DNA of 64,000 nt. It comes from Candidatus Uhrbacteria bacterium. GTDB lineage: Bacteria; Patescibacteriota; Patescibacteriia; UBA9934; GWF2-40-263. The notes under the pieces are model-generated. The model was not told the origin of the DNA. It saw only the letters and a program-made list of their open reading frames with translations, and made no database searches. Position numbers and translations under genes: made by a program. The stretch is from the NCBI GenBank assembly GCA_016188425.1, contig JACPHX010000003.1, positions 18,606-82,605 of the forward strand. Direction: 5' to 3'. Numbering within the stretch: the first letter of the stretch is position 1; every line of letters begins with the position of its first letter. Of this stretch, positions 30,727-40,422 are shown one piece after another.

Positions 30727-31251
30727 ATGGCAGAAATTTTTCAAAGTATCATAAATTTTTTTAACCACCCTGTCTTCATTATTGTTGGAGGTGTCACTGT
30801 TACCTTGGGTTTTCTTGGAATTATCTACAAAATACTTTGCTGGACTTTCGGGATCACTCCTATCGTCATCAGATTAGGCATCGCTTTATGGAAAAGAAAG
30901 GTTGCTATTTTTGGATCAGCTGATGCATACGCAAGCCTAGAGGCAACCCTTACTGATTCTGGAATATTTAAAAAATCAATCCACATTACTTCTGATAATG
31001 TTGATAAAGCTAAGAGCGAAACGATCTTCCTAGTGGACTGGGAAACATTCGGCGACAAAATAGATCAGGTATTCACCGCTAGAACCAACCACCAAACGGC
31101 AATTGTTATTTTTGCAAAACCAGCAAGCATTCCGAACGATAAAATGGCCGACATAGCCAATCGTGCAAATACGGTTGTCGTAAATTTTAGAGGACGTCTT
31201 TTGAACGATATTCTGACCTCATTAATTACAACGAGTTATGAAAAGAACTGA
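30727..31251 (+). CDS. TM + Rossmann-like domain protein, putative CBASS effector (NARF-like)
   Basis: N-terminal TM helix, then alpha/beta pattern (KVAIFG, IFLVDW, IVIFA, VVNFRGRL); overlaps the CD-NTase start. Confidence 0.6.
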   Translation: MAEIFQSIINFFNHPVFIIVGGVTVTLGFLGIIYKILCWTFGITPIVIRLGIALWKRKVAIFGSADAYASLEATLTDSGIFKKSIHITSDNVDKAKSETIFLVDWETFGDKIDQVFTARTNHQTAIVIFAKPASIPNDKMADIANRANTVVVNFRGRLLNDILTSLITTSYEKN

Positions 31252-32560
31252 GTTTAATACAAAATTCCGCCAGCACACACGAGAAAAACTTTCTCCTACA
31301 CAAAGAGAGAAAGATTTTGTTAGCGCGCTGTATGCAGAATTACAAAAGGTGCTTGGTGTAAATAATTGTATTCAAATCGGTTCATATCCAAGATTCACTG
31401 CTCATACGCCGCTTCACGACCTAGATGTGTTGTATTTTGCTGGGCAGTACGACCCTCGCGGAGTAAATCCAACAAATATTCTCAGTGATTTGAAAAAAGC
31501 CATTGATAGAGACTTTGTTAACCCGACCAGTTACAACGTGAGTTCTTCTCTCCAAACGCATTCTGTCACAATGAGTTTTGCCTCTAGTGGTCAGGAAGTA
31601 TTTGCAATTGATATCGTCCCTGCATACATTTCTGAAACAAAAAATGAATTCGGAGACGATACTTATTGGGTTCCTGAAATAATGACAGTGGGACATTCGA
31701 AACGTAAATCAATGTACGAGCAGCACTTGAGGGATCATATGGCGATTGAATGGATCAAGTCTGATCCACGAGGCTATATTAAAGTCGCTCAGGAATTAAA
31801 CTCTCAAAATGACGATTTCCGAAAAGCCGTGAAATTCGTTAAGGCGTGGAAACATGGTTGCAAAAAAATAGACGATACTTTCAAACTGAAATCTTTTCAT
31901 GTTGAGCAGATAATTACACAATATTTTCAGCAAGATAGTAGTCTCGATCTGATAGGTGCAATCTTTAAATTCTTTTGTGATCTTGAATCAATTATTTCTC
32001 AACCTCAAATTCGCGATCGAGCAAATTCCACGAAATATATTGATGATTATTTGAATGAATTAAATCCCGAACAAAAACGTAAAATACTGGAAGCTCGAGA
32101 CTTCTTCATGAACAAACTCGAAAGGCACACGGAAGCCTCACCTATGCCGATACTACTCGTGGGCGGTTTTTATGAACGGAAGAGTGATTCTGAACAATTC
32201 CTATACGACCTTAGCATCCCCACTTTTATCGAGGATCAATACGATTTTGTCGTGGATGGTAAGGTTGAAAAAAAAGATGGATTTAGGGGTGGTTATTGGT
32301 TGAGTGAAAACCAAGACAAGGCTCCGACTGGATTAAAGATTTATTTCCAATTAAGAAAAGATAATACAGGCGCTCCACTCTGTAAGTGGAAGGTCAAAAA
32401 TCACGATAATTGTGAACAACCACGCGGAGAACTAAATGATCACAGAACGAGGAATCATCCTGAATCTACAGCCTACAAAGGTGAACATTATGTCGAATGC
32501 TATGCCATTAAAAATGGGGCATGCGTGGCACGACATAAACGCAGTGTAATAATCCATTAG
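31238..32560 (+). CDS. cGAS/DncV-like nucleotidyltransferase (SMODS) with C-terminal AGS-C domain
   Basis: IGSYPRFT...HDLDV, IDIVPA, WIKSDP, VKFVKAWK, LKSFHVE; C-terminal WKVKN..PRGEL..ESTAYKGEHYVECYAIKNG. Confidence 0.82.
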   Translation: MKRTEFNTKFRQHTREKLSPTQREKDFVSALYAELQKVLGVNNCIQIGSYPRFTAHTPLHDLDVLYFAGQYDPRGVNPTNILSDLKKAIDRDFVNPTSYNVSSSLQTHSVTMSFASSGQEVFAIDIVPAYISETKNEFGDDTYWVPEIMTVGHSKRKSMYEQHLRDHMAIEWIKSDPRGYIKVAQELNSQNDDFRKAVKFVKAWKHGCKKIDDTFKLKSFHVEQIITQYFQQDSSLDLIGAIFKFFCDLESIISQPQIRDRANSTKYIDDYLNELNPEQKRKILEARDFFMNKLERHTEASPMPILLVGGFYERKSDSEQFLYDLSIPTFIEDQYDFVVDGKVEKKDGFRGGYWLSENQDKAPTGLKIYFQLRKDNTGAPLCKWKVKNHDNCEQPRGELNDHRTRNHPESTAYKGEHYVECYAIKNGACVARHKRSVIIH

Positions 32561-32564
32561 TCTT

Positions 32565-34076
32565 ATGAAAACTTTACAAATCCCATCGCCAAATTCTGGA
32601 GGAATGACCTCTCTCTCAATTGAGAAGAGCTTAGTTGTTGTTGGAGCGAATGGATCTGGAAAAACACGATTTGGTTCTAAAATTGAACAATCAAATAACC
32701 CTTCAAAAAGAATTTCTGCACAAAGATATTTACAGCTCAACGAAACAGTTCAGAAACAGGACTTTGAGACGGCTTTCAACCAATTGAATAGTGGCTATAA
32801 GAATCAGTCACCCATTCAACCACAGAACGACTATCAGCAAGTACTGGTATCACTTTTTGCTCAGGAATCACGAAGAAACGAAGAGGTTGTGATGACTATT
32901 CAGCAAAAAGGAAGCGTCTCAAAGGAGAGCCTTGCAAAATCCATCAAAGAACAGGTGGTTGAAGTTTGGAACTTTGTTTTCCCATACCGAACATTAAAAT
33001 TAGAAAAAGATAGGATTCGTGCTGTTAGCGAGTCGGGCGAATTCTCTGGAGCCGAAATGAGCGATGGCGAAAAGGTTGGGTTATATTTAATTTCCCAGAC
33101 GCTTTTAGCAGAAAAAGATTGTTTACTTATCATCGATGAGCCTGAACTTCATTTGCACAAGGCTTTAATGGTGAGGCTTTGGAATAAACTTGAAGAATAT
33201 AGAAAAGACTGTGCCTTTGTTTATATAACCCACGATCTTGATTTTGCTGTTAGTAAACCATCAAGCAAATTGATCTGGATCAAGAGCTTTCAGAATTCAA
33301 CATGGAACTGGAATGAGTTAGAAGCCAATGGAATCATTCCAGAAAATCTTTATCTTGAAGTTCTTGGTAGTAGAAAATCAATACTGTTTGTAGAAGGAGA
33401 AAAAGGCTCATTGGATGCGCAGATTTACCAAGCATACTATGATAATTTCACAGTTATCCCAAGAGGGTCGTGCGAAAAAGTAATCGAATCGGTTAAGGGG
33501 CTGAGAGAGAATGCGGGCTTGCATGACAAGCAAGTTTTTGGATTAATCGATCGAGATTTCCGCTCCGAAGAACAGATTCAATCTCTACAAGCTGATAGCG
33601 TATTTAGCATTTCTCTTAACGAAATAGAGAATCTTTTTTTGCTACCAGAGGTAGTTCAGTTAGTCTGTGATCACCTTTCCAAATCAGACAAAAAAGAGGA
33701 GATATTCTCTCAGATTAGAGGACATTATGAGACCAATAAGGAGCAGATAAATTTTGCTGCATCGAAATTTTCTATTCAACGCATGTTGAATGAAAGATTT
33801 GGTTCAGTAAAAAACCAAGAACAGTACAACAGCTTCAAGGAAACTATTGTAACTGAAATGGACAAGCTATTGTCATCGGGAACGCTTCCAGAAAAAGATG
33901 CTGAAATAATTGAAATATTGAAGATATATCCTCACAAGGGGCTTGTAAGGCAGGTGCAAACAGTGATCGAACTCTCAAAAAATGGATTTACAAACCTCGT
34001 GCTAAGTTTTCTCTCCTCTGACAAGCGACAGAATCTTATCGAGATTTTGAAATCACATTTTCCAGAAATTAAATAA
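32565..34076 (+). CDS. ABC-type ATPase fused to DUF4435/TOPRIM domain (PARIS-like merged)
   Basis: GANGSGKT, MSDGE, IIDEPELHLH, ITHD; then FVEG, IDRD, EIEN. Confidence 0.78.
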   Translation: MKTLQIPSPNSGGMTSLSIEKSLVVVGANGSGKTRFGSKIEQSNNPSKRISAQRYLQLNETVQKQDFETAFNQLNSGYKNQSPIQPQNDYQQVLVSLFAQESRRNEEVVMTIQQKGSVSKESLAKSIKEQVVEVWNFVFPYRTLKLEKDRIRAVSESGEFSGAEMSDGEKVGLYLISQTLLAEKDCLLIIDEPELHLHKALMVRLWNKLEEYRKDCAFVYITHDLDFAVSKPSSKLIWIKSFQNSTWNWNELEANGIIPENLYLEVLGSRKSILFVEGEKGSLDAQIYQAYYDNFTVIPRGSCEKVIESVKGLRENAGLHDKQVFGLIDRDFRSEEQIQSLQADSVFSISLNEIENLFLLPEVVQLVCDHLSKSDKKEEIFSQIRGHYETNKEQINFAASKFSIQRMLNERFGSVKNQEQYNSFKETIVTEMDKLLSSGTLPEKDAEIIEILKIYPHKGLVRQVQTVIELSKNGFTNLVLSFLSSDKRQNLIEILKSHFPEIK

Positions 34077-34083
34077 TAAATCT

Positions 34084-37000
34084 ATGACTCACATCTACGA
34101 ATCAGACGTCGAACTACTGGCTATAGAAACCCTAGAATCACTTGGGTACGGCTATCTTGCACCCGAAGTCCAAGAAGCAGAACGCCAAGGGCTTACTGAG
34201 GTAGTTTTGAAGGATCGGCTTATTAGCGCCATCGCCAAGATCAATCCGAAGGCAACAAACGATGCTCGTCAGCAAGCGCTCCGTGCCGTTTTGAATATGC
34301 CAAGCCAAAACCTCATTGATAACAATGAGGCGTTCCACCGCATGCTCACCGATGGCGTGGAGGTTGAGTCCTATGCAAACGGTGAAACAAAAGGCGACAA
34401 GATTTGGCTTGTTGATTTTGAGCACCCAGAAAACAATGAATTCCTCGTCTGTAGCCAGTTCACTGTAATGCATGACAATAACCATAAACGTCCAGACATC
34501 GTCCTGCTTGTGAACGGTTTGCCGCTCGTAGTTATCGAGCTCAAAAACCCTACGGACGAAAACGCTACGGTCAAAAAAGCTTTCACACAGCTACAAAACT
34601 ACAAGACGGCCGTGCCTCAACTGTTCAACTACAACGGCATTCTCGTGGCGTCTGATGGACTCGATGCAAAAGCAGGTTCACTGACTGCCTCCTTTTCCCG
34701 TTTCCTCGCGTGGAAAACCATTGATGGTGTCAAAGAAGATAAAGTTACCATTCCGCAAATGGAGACGTTGATCAATGGAATGCTCCGCCCAACCGTACTA
34801 CTTGACCTCATCAAACAATTTACGGTTTTTGAAAAAAGCAAAAAGGAAGATGCTGTCACGGGCTTAACCCAGATCGAAACTGTAAAGAAAATCGCTGCAT
34901 ATCACCAATATTACGCCGTTAATAAAGCGGTCGAATCCACTCAGGGAGCAGCCAGCGAAAAAGGAAGCCGAAAAGCTGGTGTGGTTTGGCATACGCAAGG
35001 ATCTGGAAAATCGTTATCGATGGTTTTTTACGCAGGCAAAATTGTTCTAACGTTGAAGAACCCCACAATCGTTGTTATTACCGACCGTAACGATCTCGAC
35101 GACCAGCTCTTTGATACTTTTGCGGGTTGCAAACAGCTTCTGCGTCAAGACCCAGTGCAAGCGGAAAACCGTGGACAACTCAAAGAATTACTCAAGACCT
35201 CTGGTGGCGGCATCATCTTTACCACCATTCAAAAGTTTTCACCTGAAGATGGGTCTACGGTGTTTGACATGCTCTCCGATCGCAAAAATATTGTAGTCAT
35301 CGCTGATGAGGCACATCGCAGTCAATATGGATTTGGAGCGAAGACGCACATTAAGGATGGTGAAGCGCACACGAAATACGGGTTTGCTAAATACCTACGT
35401 GATGCTCTTCCAAGTGCGTCCTTCATTGGATTTACTGGAACGCCAATCGAAAAAGAAGATGTTTCTACGCCTGCAGTATTTGGCCACTACATCGATGTAT
35501 ACGATATCGAGCAGGCCGTTGAAGACGGTGCAACTGTTCGAATTTACTATGAATCACGATTAGCGCGAGTTCACCTCAAAGAGGAAGAGGCAGCTAAACT
35601 CGATGCCGAAGTTGAAGCGCTCACTGAAGGCGAAGAATCTACATCAAAAGATAAGGCCATGGCTAAATGGACTCAGCTTGAGGCCATTGTTGGGCATAAA
35701 GATCGCCTGAAAATTATCGCCAAAGATATTGTTGATCACTTCAGCAAACGTCAGGAAGTCTTTGAGGGTAAAGGAATGATCGTGGCCATGAGTCGCCGCA
35801 TTGCTGTTGAATTGTACGAAGAGATTATCAAACTGAAACCTGAATGGCACAGTGACGACAAGAAAAAGGGTGTGATTAAAGTCGTCATGACTTCCAGTTC
35901 TAGCGACCCAGAAAACTGGCAGAAACATCACACCACCAAACAGGAACGCAAAGAACTTGGCGATCGAATCAAGAATCCAAATGATGAGCTTCAATTGGTG
36001 ATCGTTCGTGACATGTGGCTTACTGGCTTCGATGCGCCGTGTCTCCACACCATGTACATCGATAAAGCCATGGAGGGACACAACCTCATGCAGGCGATTG
36101 CCCGCGTGAATCGAGTATTTAAAGATAAACCTGGTGGTCTTATCGTAGACTACATCGGTATTGCCTCCGATCTTAAAACCGCGCTTGCTACCTACACCGA
36201 AAACGGTGGTCAGGGTGCACCAACTCTTGATCAAGCAGACGCCGTTGCAACCATGCTCGAAAAGTTCGAGGTCGTTACTCAAATGTTCGATGGCTTTGAA
36301 TATCGGCCATATTTTACGGCCAATACCAAAGCAAAAATGACAACCATTCTCGAGGCGCAAGAATTCGTGCTCGGTCTTGATGACGGCAAAAATCGTTTCA
36401 CCAAACAAGTAGGACTTCTCTCAAAAGCTTTTGCCCTTTCGGTGCCAGATGAAAGAGCCATGGAGATCAAGGATGACGTCGCATTCTTTCAGGCCGTAAA
36501 AGCACGCCTCACAAAGTTTGAACCGACCGATGGCGAACGGAGCGATGATGATATCGAGACAGCTATTCGCCAAATCGTGGACAAGGCTGTAGTGGCCGAG
36601 GGCATGGTTGATATCTTCGATGCTGCAGGTATTAAAAAACCTGACATCTCCATTCTCTCCGATGAGTTCATGGAAGAAATTAAGGGCATGGAACGTAAGA
36701 ACCTCGCGCTGGAACTCTTGAAAAAGATTCTTGGTGATGAAATCAAAAGCCGAGGAAAGAAAAACTTCATTCAGAGTAAGAAGCTTTCTGAGATGCTCGA
36801 GATGGCAATTAAGAAGTACCAAAACAACCTTCTTACTGCAGCGCAAGTTATTGATGAGCTTATTAAGCTGGCAAAAGATATCAAAGAATCTGATGCGAGA
36901 GGCAGCGGACTCGGACTCAACAGCGATGAAATTGCTTTCTACGATGCCTTGATGATCAATGGAAGCGCCATGGCCATTCTTGGCGATGACAAGTTGCGTG

Positions 37001-37200
37001 ATCTTGCTCGCATTCTTGTCGAAAAAGTAAGAGCAAATACTACGATCGACTGGACAATAAAGGAAAGCGTTCAGGCACGTCTTCGAGTTATTGTTAAGCG
37101 CATTCTTAATCAATACGGATATCCACCAGACAAGCAGAAACTCGCTACAGAAAACATCCTGAAACAAGCAGAGCTTCTTGCTGAAGACTGGGGTAACTAA
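34084..37200 (+). CDS. hsdR: Type I restriction endonuclease subunit R
   Basis: RPDIV..NGLPLVVIELK, HTQGSGKS, DEAHRSQY, FTGTP, MWLTGFD, QAIARVNR. Confidence 0.95.
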   Translation: MTHIYESDVELLAIETLESLGYGYLAPEVQEAERQGLTEVVLKDRLISAIAKINPKATNDARQQALRAVLNMPSQNLIDNNEAFHRMLTDGVEVESYANGETKGDKIWLVDFEHPENNEFLVCSQFTVMHDNNHKRPDIVLLVNGLPLVVIELKNPTDENATVKKAFTQLQNYKTAVPQLFNYNGILVASDGLDAKAGSLTASFSRFLAWKTIDGVKEDKVTIPQMETLINGMLRPTVLLDLIKQFTVFEKSKKEDAVTGLTQIETVKKIAAYHQYYAVNKAVESTQGAASEKGSRKAGVVWHTQGSGKSLSMVFYAGKIVLTLKNPTIVVITDRNDLDDQLFDTFAGCKQLLRQDPVQAENRGQLKELLKTSGGGIIFTTIQKFSPEDGSTVFDMLSDRKNIVVIADEAHRSQYGFGAKTHIKDGEAHTKYGFAKYLRDALPSASFIGFTGTPIEKEDVSTPAVFGHYIDVYDIEQAVEDGATVRIYYESRLARVHLKEEEAAKLDAEVEALTEGEESTSKDKAMAKWTQLEAIVGHKDRLKIIAKDIVDHFSKRQEVFEGKGMIVAMSRRIAVELYEEIIKLKPEWHSDDKKKGVIKVVMTSSSSDPENWQKHHTTKQERKELGDRIKNPNDELQLVIVRDMWLTGFDAPCLHTMYIDKAMEGHNLMQAIARVNRVFKDKPGGLIVDYIGIASDLKTALATYTENGGQGAPTLDQADAVATMLEKFEVVTQMFDGFEYRPYFTANTKAKMTTILEAQEFVLGLDDGKNRFTKQVGLLSKAFALSVPDERAMEIKDDVAFFQAVKARLTKFEPTDGERSDDDIETAIRQIVDKAVVAEGMVDIFDAAGIKKPDISILSDEFMEEIKGMERKNLALELLKKILGDEIKSRGKKNFIQSKKLSEMLEMAIKKYQNNLLTAAQVIDELIKLAKDIKESDARGSGLGLNSDEIAFYDALMINGSAMAILGDDKLRDLARILVEKVRANTTIDWTIKESVQARLRVIVKRILNQYGYPPDKQKLATENILKQAELLAEDWGN

Positions 37201-37207
37201 AATAACT

Positions 37208-37969
37208 ATGTCGGAATACTACACACCACAACGCACTCGAAATCTGTACGATCCAAAAGATACTGAGCCGTTCAAGCTCAGCCGCTCGAAGATCGACCTG
37301 TTTTTGAGCTGCCCTCGGTGTTTCTATTTCGACCGCAAACTTGGCGTAGGTCGCCCGCCTGGTTTTCCGTTTTCACTGAACAGTGCAGTGGATGCATTGC
37401 TAAAAAAGGAGTTCGACATTCACCGTAGCGCTGGGACTAAACACGCTTTGATCGAAAAATACGGAGTCGACGCACGCCCTATTCCCCACGAAGACTTGGC
37501 CAAGTGGCGCCATAACTTCACTGGCATTCAGTACGTCCACGAACCGACAAATCTTCTCATTTACGGTGCGATCGATGACCTTTGGCAGAACTCCAAGGGT
37601 GAATACATCGTCGTGGATTATAAAGCCACTGCAAAAGAGGGCGATATAACCGAACTCGATAAGGCTTGGCATGACGGCTACAAGCGCCAGATGGAAGTGT
37701 ACCAATGGCTGTTGCGGCGAAGAGGGCTCACGGTGTCTGATACAGGCTACTTCGTGTATTGCAACGGCAAGGCCGATCGTGTCGCCTTTGATGGCAAGCT
37801 GGAGTTTGATGTGACACTCATTCCCTACACGGGAAATGATAGCTGGGTAGAAAATGCCGTTATCGGTGCCCATAACTGCCTTAATGCCGACATTATTCCC
37901 GAAGCTGCGGAAGGCTGTGACTACTGCGCCTACGTGAACGCTATTAACCAACAAAACTATGGACGATGA
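37208..37969 (+). CDS. PD-(D/E)XK nuclease with Cys motifs
   Basis: LSRSKI...CPRCFY, GAIDD, VVDYK, QMEVY, CDYC. Confidence 0.8.
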   Translation: MSEYYTPQRTRNLYDPKDTEPFKLSRSKIDLFLSCPRCFYFDRKLGVGRPPGFPFSLNSAVDALLKKEFDIHRSAGTKHALIEKYGVDARPIPHEDLAKWRHNFTGIQYVHEPTNLLIYGAIDDLWQNSKGEYIVVDYKATAKEGDITELDKAWHDGYKRQMEVYQWLLRRRGLTVSDTGYFVYCNGKADRVAFDGKLEFDVTLIPYTGNDSWVENAVIGAHNCLNADIIPEAAEGCDYCAYVNAINQQNYGR

Positions 37970-38105
37970 AGAAATCCTTCAGATGGTAACCGACGGCGAA
38001 TTGGACTCCTCTCAAATCGAGGACTTCAAAGGACTGAGCGACGAAGTTCAAGAGCTCGTAACCAACGGCGATATCGACATCGATGAGGCTCTGGAACTCG
38101 AGTAG
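37959..38105 (+). CDS. 48-aa highly acidic protein
   Basis: Manual translation MDDEEILQMVTDGELDSSQIEDFKGLSDEVQELVTNGDIDIDEALELE*; overlaps the nuclease stop and is below the track cutoff. Confidence 0.6.
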   Translation: MDDEEILQMVTDGELDSSQIEDFKGLSDEVQELVTNGDIDIDEALELE

Positions 38106-38170
38106 ACTTTTTCCACAGCCAAACCCCTTGCATTGCCATACCGAATTGGTATAATTGAATAGTAAGAAAT

Positions 38171-38227
38171 AGTCTTAAAGACCAGTTTGTCCCCGCATGT
38201 CGCGCGGACACCGAACTGGTCTTTTTT
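38171..38227 (+). promoter_or_regulatory. Putative leader attenuator, copy 2
   Basis: AGTCTTAAAGACCA...TGGTCTTTTTT after TTGCAT-16-TATAAT (extended -10). Confidence 0.6.
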
Positions 38228-38276
38228 CGTTACCGCCAACACTAAGGCGTAAAAATGTTTATTAATCACCCCAGCT

Positions 38277-38942
38277 ATGACAACTCAAAACCCCGCCAAT
38301 GAGGACGGCGTAAAAACTCCTCCCGTCAACAATGAAGGTAAAGACGATAAAACACCTTCACCGTCTGGTCAGGACGATAAAAAGACCCCGTCAGGCGAAG
38401 ACGATAAAAAGCAGGAGCAAATGGTTCCCATGAGCCGTTTCCGCGAAGTCATCGACGAGAAAAACAAGTACAAGGACGAGATCGATAAACGCGATCAAGC
38501 AGAGGAAAAACGAAAGCGCAAAGAACTCGAAGAGCAAGGAAAGTACAAAGAAATTCTTGCCGAAAAGGACAAAGAGCTTGAGTCCGCTGGTAAAACCAAA
38601 GAGCAGCTGACCCAATACGAAGAAACGGTACAGGAAGTCTTGGCTCAGGAACTCGAAAAGATTCCCGAAGACAAGAAAACTCTCATTCCCGATGAGCTTT
38701 CCACGGTGGCGAAACTGAAATACATCGCCAAGAACCGCGCACTGCTCATGGGAGAGAAAAGCACGACAGGCGCTCCTATTCCGCCTAACAGCAAGAACCT
38801 CTCAGAGGTCGAAGCGAAGAAACAACGCTACGACGAACTCATGCAGAAACGCCAAAAGGGCGAATTCCTGTCTGAACCTGAACGCAGAGAGATCATGAAG
38901 CTGGGGCAAGAAATCGTGGCTCTGAAAAACCAGACCACTTAA
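38277..38942 (+). CDS. Capsid scaffolding protein
   Basis: Low-complexity N-terminus, VP.SRF.EV, coiled coil EQGKYKE; upstream of the MCP. Confidence 0.78.
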   Translation: MTTQNPANEDGVKTPPVNNEGKDDKTPSPSGQDDKKTPSGEDDKKQEQMVPMSRFREVIDEKNKYKDEIDKRDQAEEKRKRKELEEQGKYKEILAEKDKELESAGKTKEQLTQYEETVQEVLAQELEKIPEDKKTLIPDELSTVAKLKYIAKNRALLMGEKSTTGAPIPPNSKNLSEVEAKKQRYDELMQKRQKGEFLSEPERREIMKLGQEIVALKNQTT

Positions 38943-38967
38943 CGCCTTATTCTTTAATTTTAATAAC

Positions 38968-40098
38968 ATGATTACCGCAGGAAAATATACGACCTACGAC
39001 AGTCCCTACCTCGACGAACTCGTGAAAGGGATTGCGGTCATGATCGACCCGAAACTGACCACTTCTCTGGATTTATTCCCAGAGTTTGAGCCGATCAACA
39101 CAACTAAAATCAAGTGGTACGACGCCAAAACCTACGCGCTGGAAGGCGAAGTAGGCGGTGCTGGCTGGAATGATACGGACACTTCCGCTCTTCCTGTAAG
39201 CGCCGAGTTTTCGCAGCTTGTAAATGTCGGTGACGTTTTGCGAGTGGAAGACGAATACGTCGTCGTGAAATCCGTGGATCGCACGGGCAACACGATCGAT
39301 GTATACGGACGCGGCCATGGCGGAACTTCTGCAGCTTCACATGCCGCTGAGGCAGCCGTCTTCATTCTCGGCAACGCGAATGTGGAAGGAACCGTAAACG
39401 GCGACAGCTTGCTTGAAGACTCAATCGAACAATTCAACTTCACCCAGATCGTGGAAGAGCCGATCGAGATCACTCTCACCGCCCAAAAGCAGAAATATCT
39501 CGATGTCACCGACAAGCTTAACGATGAGCGCACCAAAGCCATGACCCGAGCCTTGAAAAAGCTCAATCAGGCCGTGCTCTTCGGCAAGCCATCGGCTGGC
39601 AGCAAAACCACTCCGCGCTCATTCGGCGGATTGAAACACTTCCTTGAGAACACTGCCGAAGGTTTGAATTACAACGTCGGCGGAAGTTTCACTGAAGACC
39701 ATCTTAAAAACGTGCTTCTCGAAATGGCGAGACGCGGCGGCAGCCCAGACACCATTCTTTGCTCTCCAGACATCAAGAGCGTAATCAACGGATTCAACGC
39801 GTCTAATACGCGCTACTCCCGAGAGGAACGCATGGCTGGCGTGCTGGTTGACCAGTACGAAGGCGAAGGCGTGGGCGTCCTGAAGATCGTTGCCGATCCG
39901 TTCTTGCGTCATTCATTCGGTGAAATGTACGTCGTGAATACGCGCAAGCTCGGCAAGACATGGTTTGTGGACGACAAGCTTCGCTTTGAAGCGGAACCTG
40001 CCAACTCTCGAACCTTGAAAGAAACCCTACAGGGTCAACTTACCGTCAAAGTGAAAGACGTTGTCACCGACTTCGCCCGCATGTACGGCATCAGCTAA
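38968..40098 (+). CDS. Major capsid protein (SU10/DUF5309-like, with insertion domain)
   Basis: NFTQIVEE.I.IT.T, PRSFGGL, position after the scaffold; RGHGGTSAASH insertion. Confidence 0.8.
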   Translation: MITAGKYTTYDSPYLDELVKGIAVMIDPKLTTSLDLFPEFEPINTTKIKWYDAKTYALEGEVGGAGWNDTDTSALPVSAEFSQLVNVGDVLRVEDEYVVVKSVDRTGNTIDVYGRGHGGTSAASHAAEAAVFILGNANVEGTVNGDSLLEDSIEQFNFTQIVEEPIEITLTAQKQKYLDVTDKLNDERTKAMTRALKKLNQAVLFGKPSAGSKTTPRSFGGLKHFLENTAEGLNYNVGGSFTEDHLKNVLLEMARRGGSPDTILCSPDIKSVINGFNASNTRYSREERMAGVLVDQYEGEGVGVLKIVADPFLRHSFGEMYVVNTRKLGKTWFVDDKLRFEAEPANSRTLKETLQGQLTVKVKDVVTDFARMYGIS

Positions 40099-40102
40099 AG
40101 AC

Positions 40103-40128
40103 AAGGGGGAGATTTTCTCCCCCTTCTT
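40103..40128 (+). terminator. Hairpin/terminator after MCP
   Basis: AAGGGGGAGA-TTT-TCTCCCCCTT. Confidence 0.6.
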
Positions 40129-40154
40129 GGCTTTTATTTATTAACGCAACCACC

Positions 40155-40403
40155 ATGAAATTCATCATCAAATCATCAGCCGTTGCGATCTCGGAAAAGA
40201 AATTCGCCAAGCGCGGCGAATATGAAACCGAGGACTCAAAAGAAATTGAACGGCTAAAAAATACCGCAAAGAAATTCCCGAAAGACGTTGAAGAAGTGTC
40301 TGCCAACGGTTCAAAGAAAAAAGAAGAACCGAAGGAAGACACCGACAGCGAGGACACGACCGTCGTTGATGAACCCAAAGAGGAACATCGACGCAGACGC
40401 TAA
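40155..40403 (+). CDS. Hypothetical head-associated protein
   Basis: GEYETED.KEIE.L motif after the MCP. Confidence 0.6.
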   Translation: MKFIIKSSAVAISEKKFAKRGEYETEDSKEIERLKNTAKKFPKDVEEVSANGSKKKEEPKEDTDSEDTTVVDEPKEEHRRRR

Positions 40404-40422
40404 TTATTAACCATTAACCCGC

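Noticed and set aside
37208-37969. Cas4 / CRISPR-Cas locus
   Set aside because: No cas1/cas2 and no repeat-spacer array; best called a stand-alone PD-(D/E)XK nuclease.
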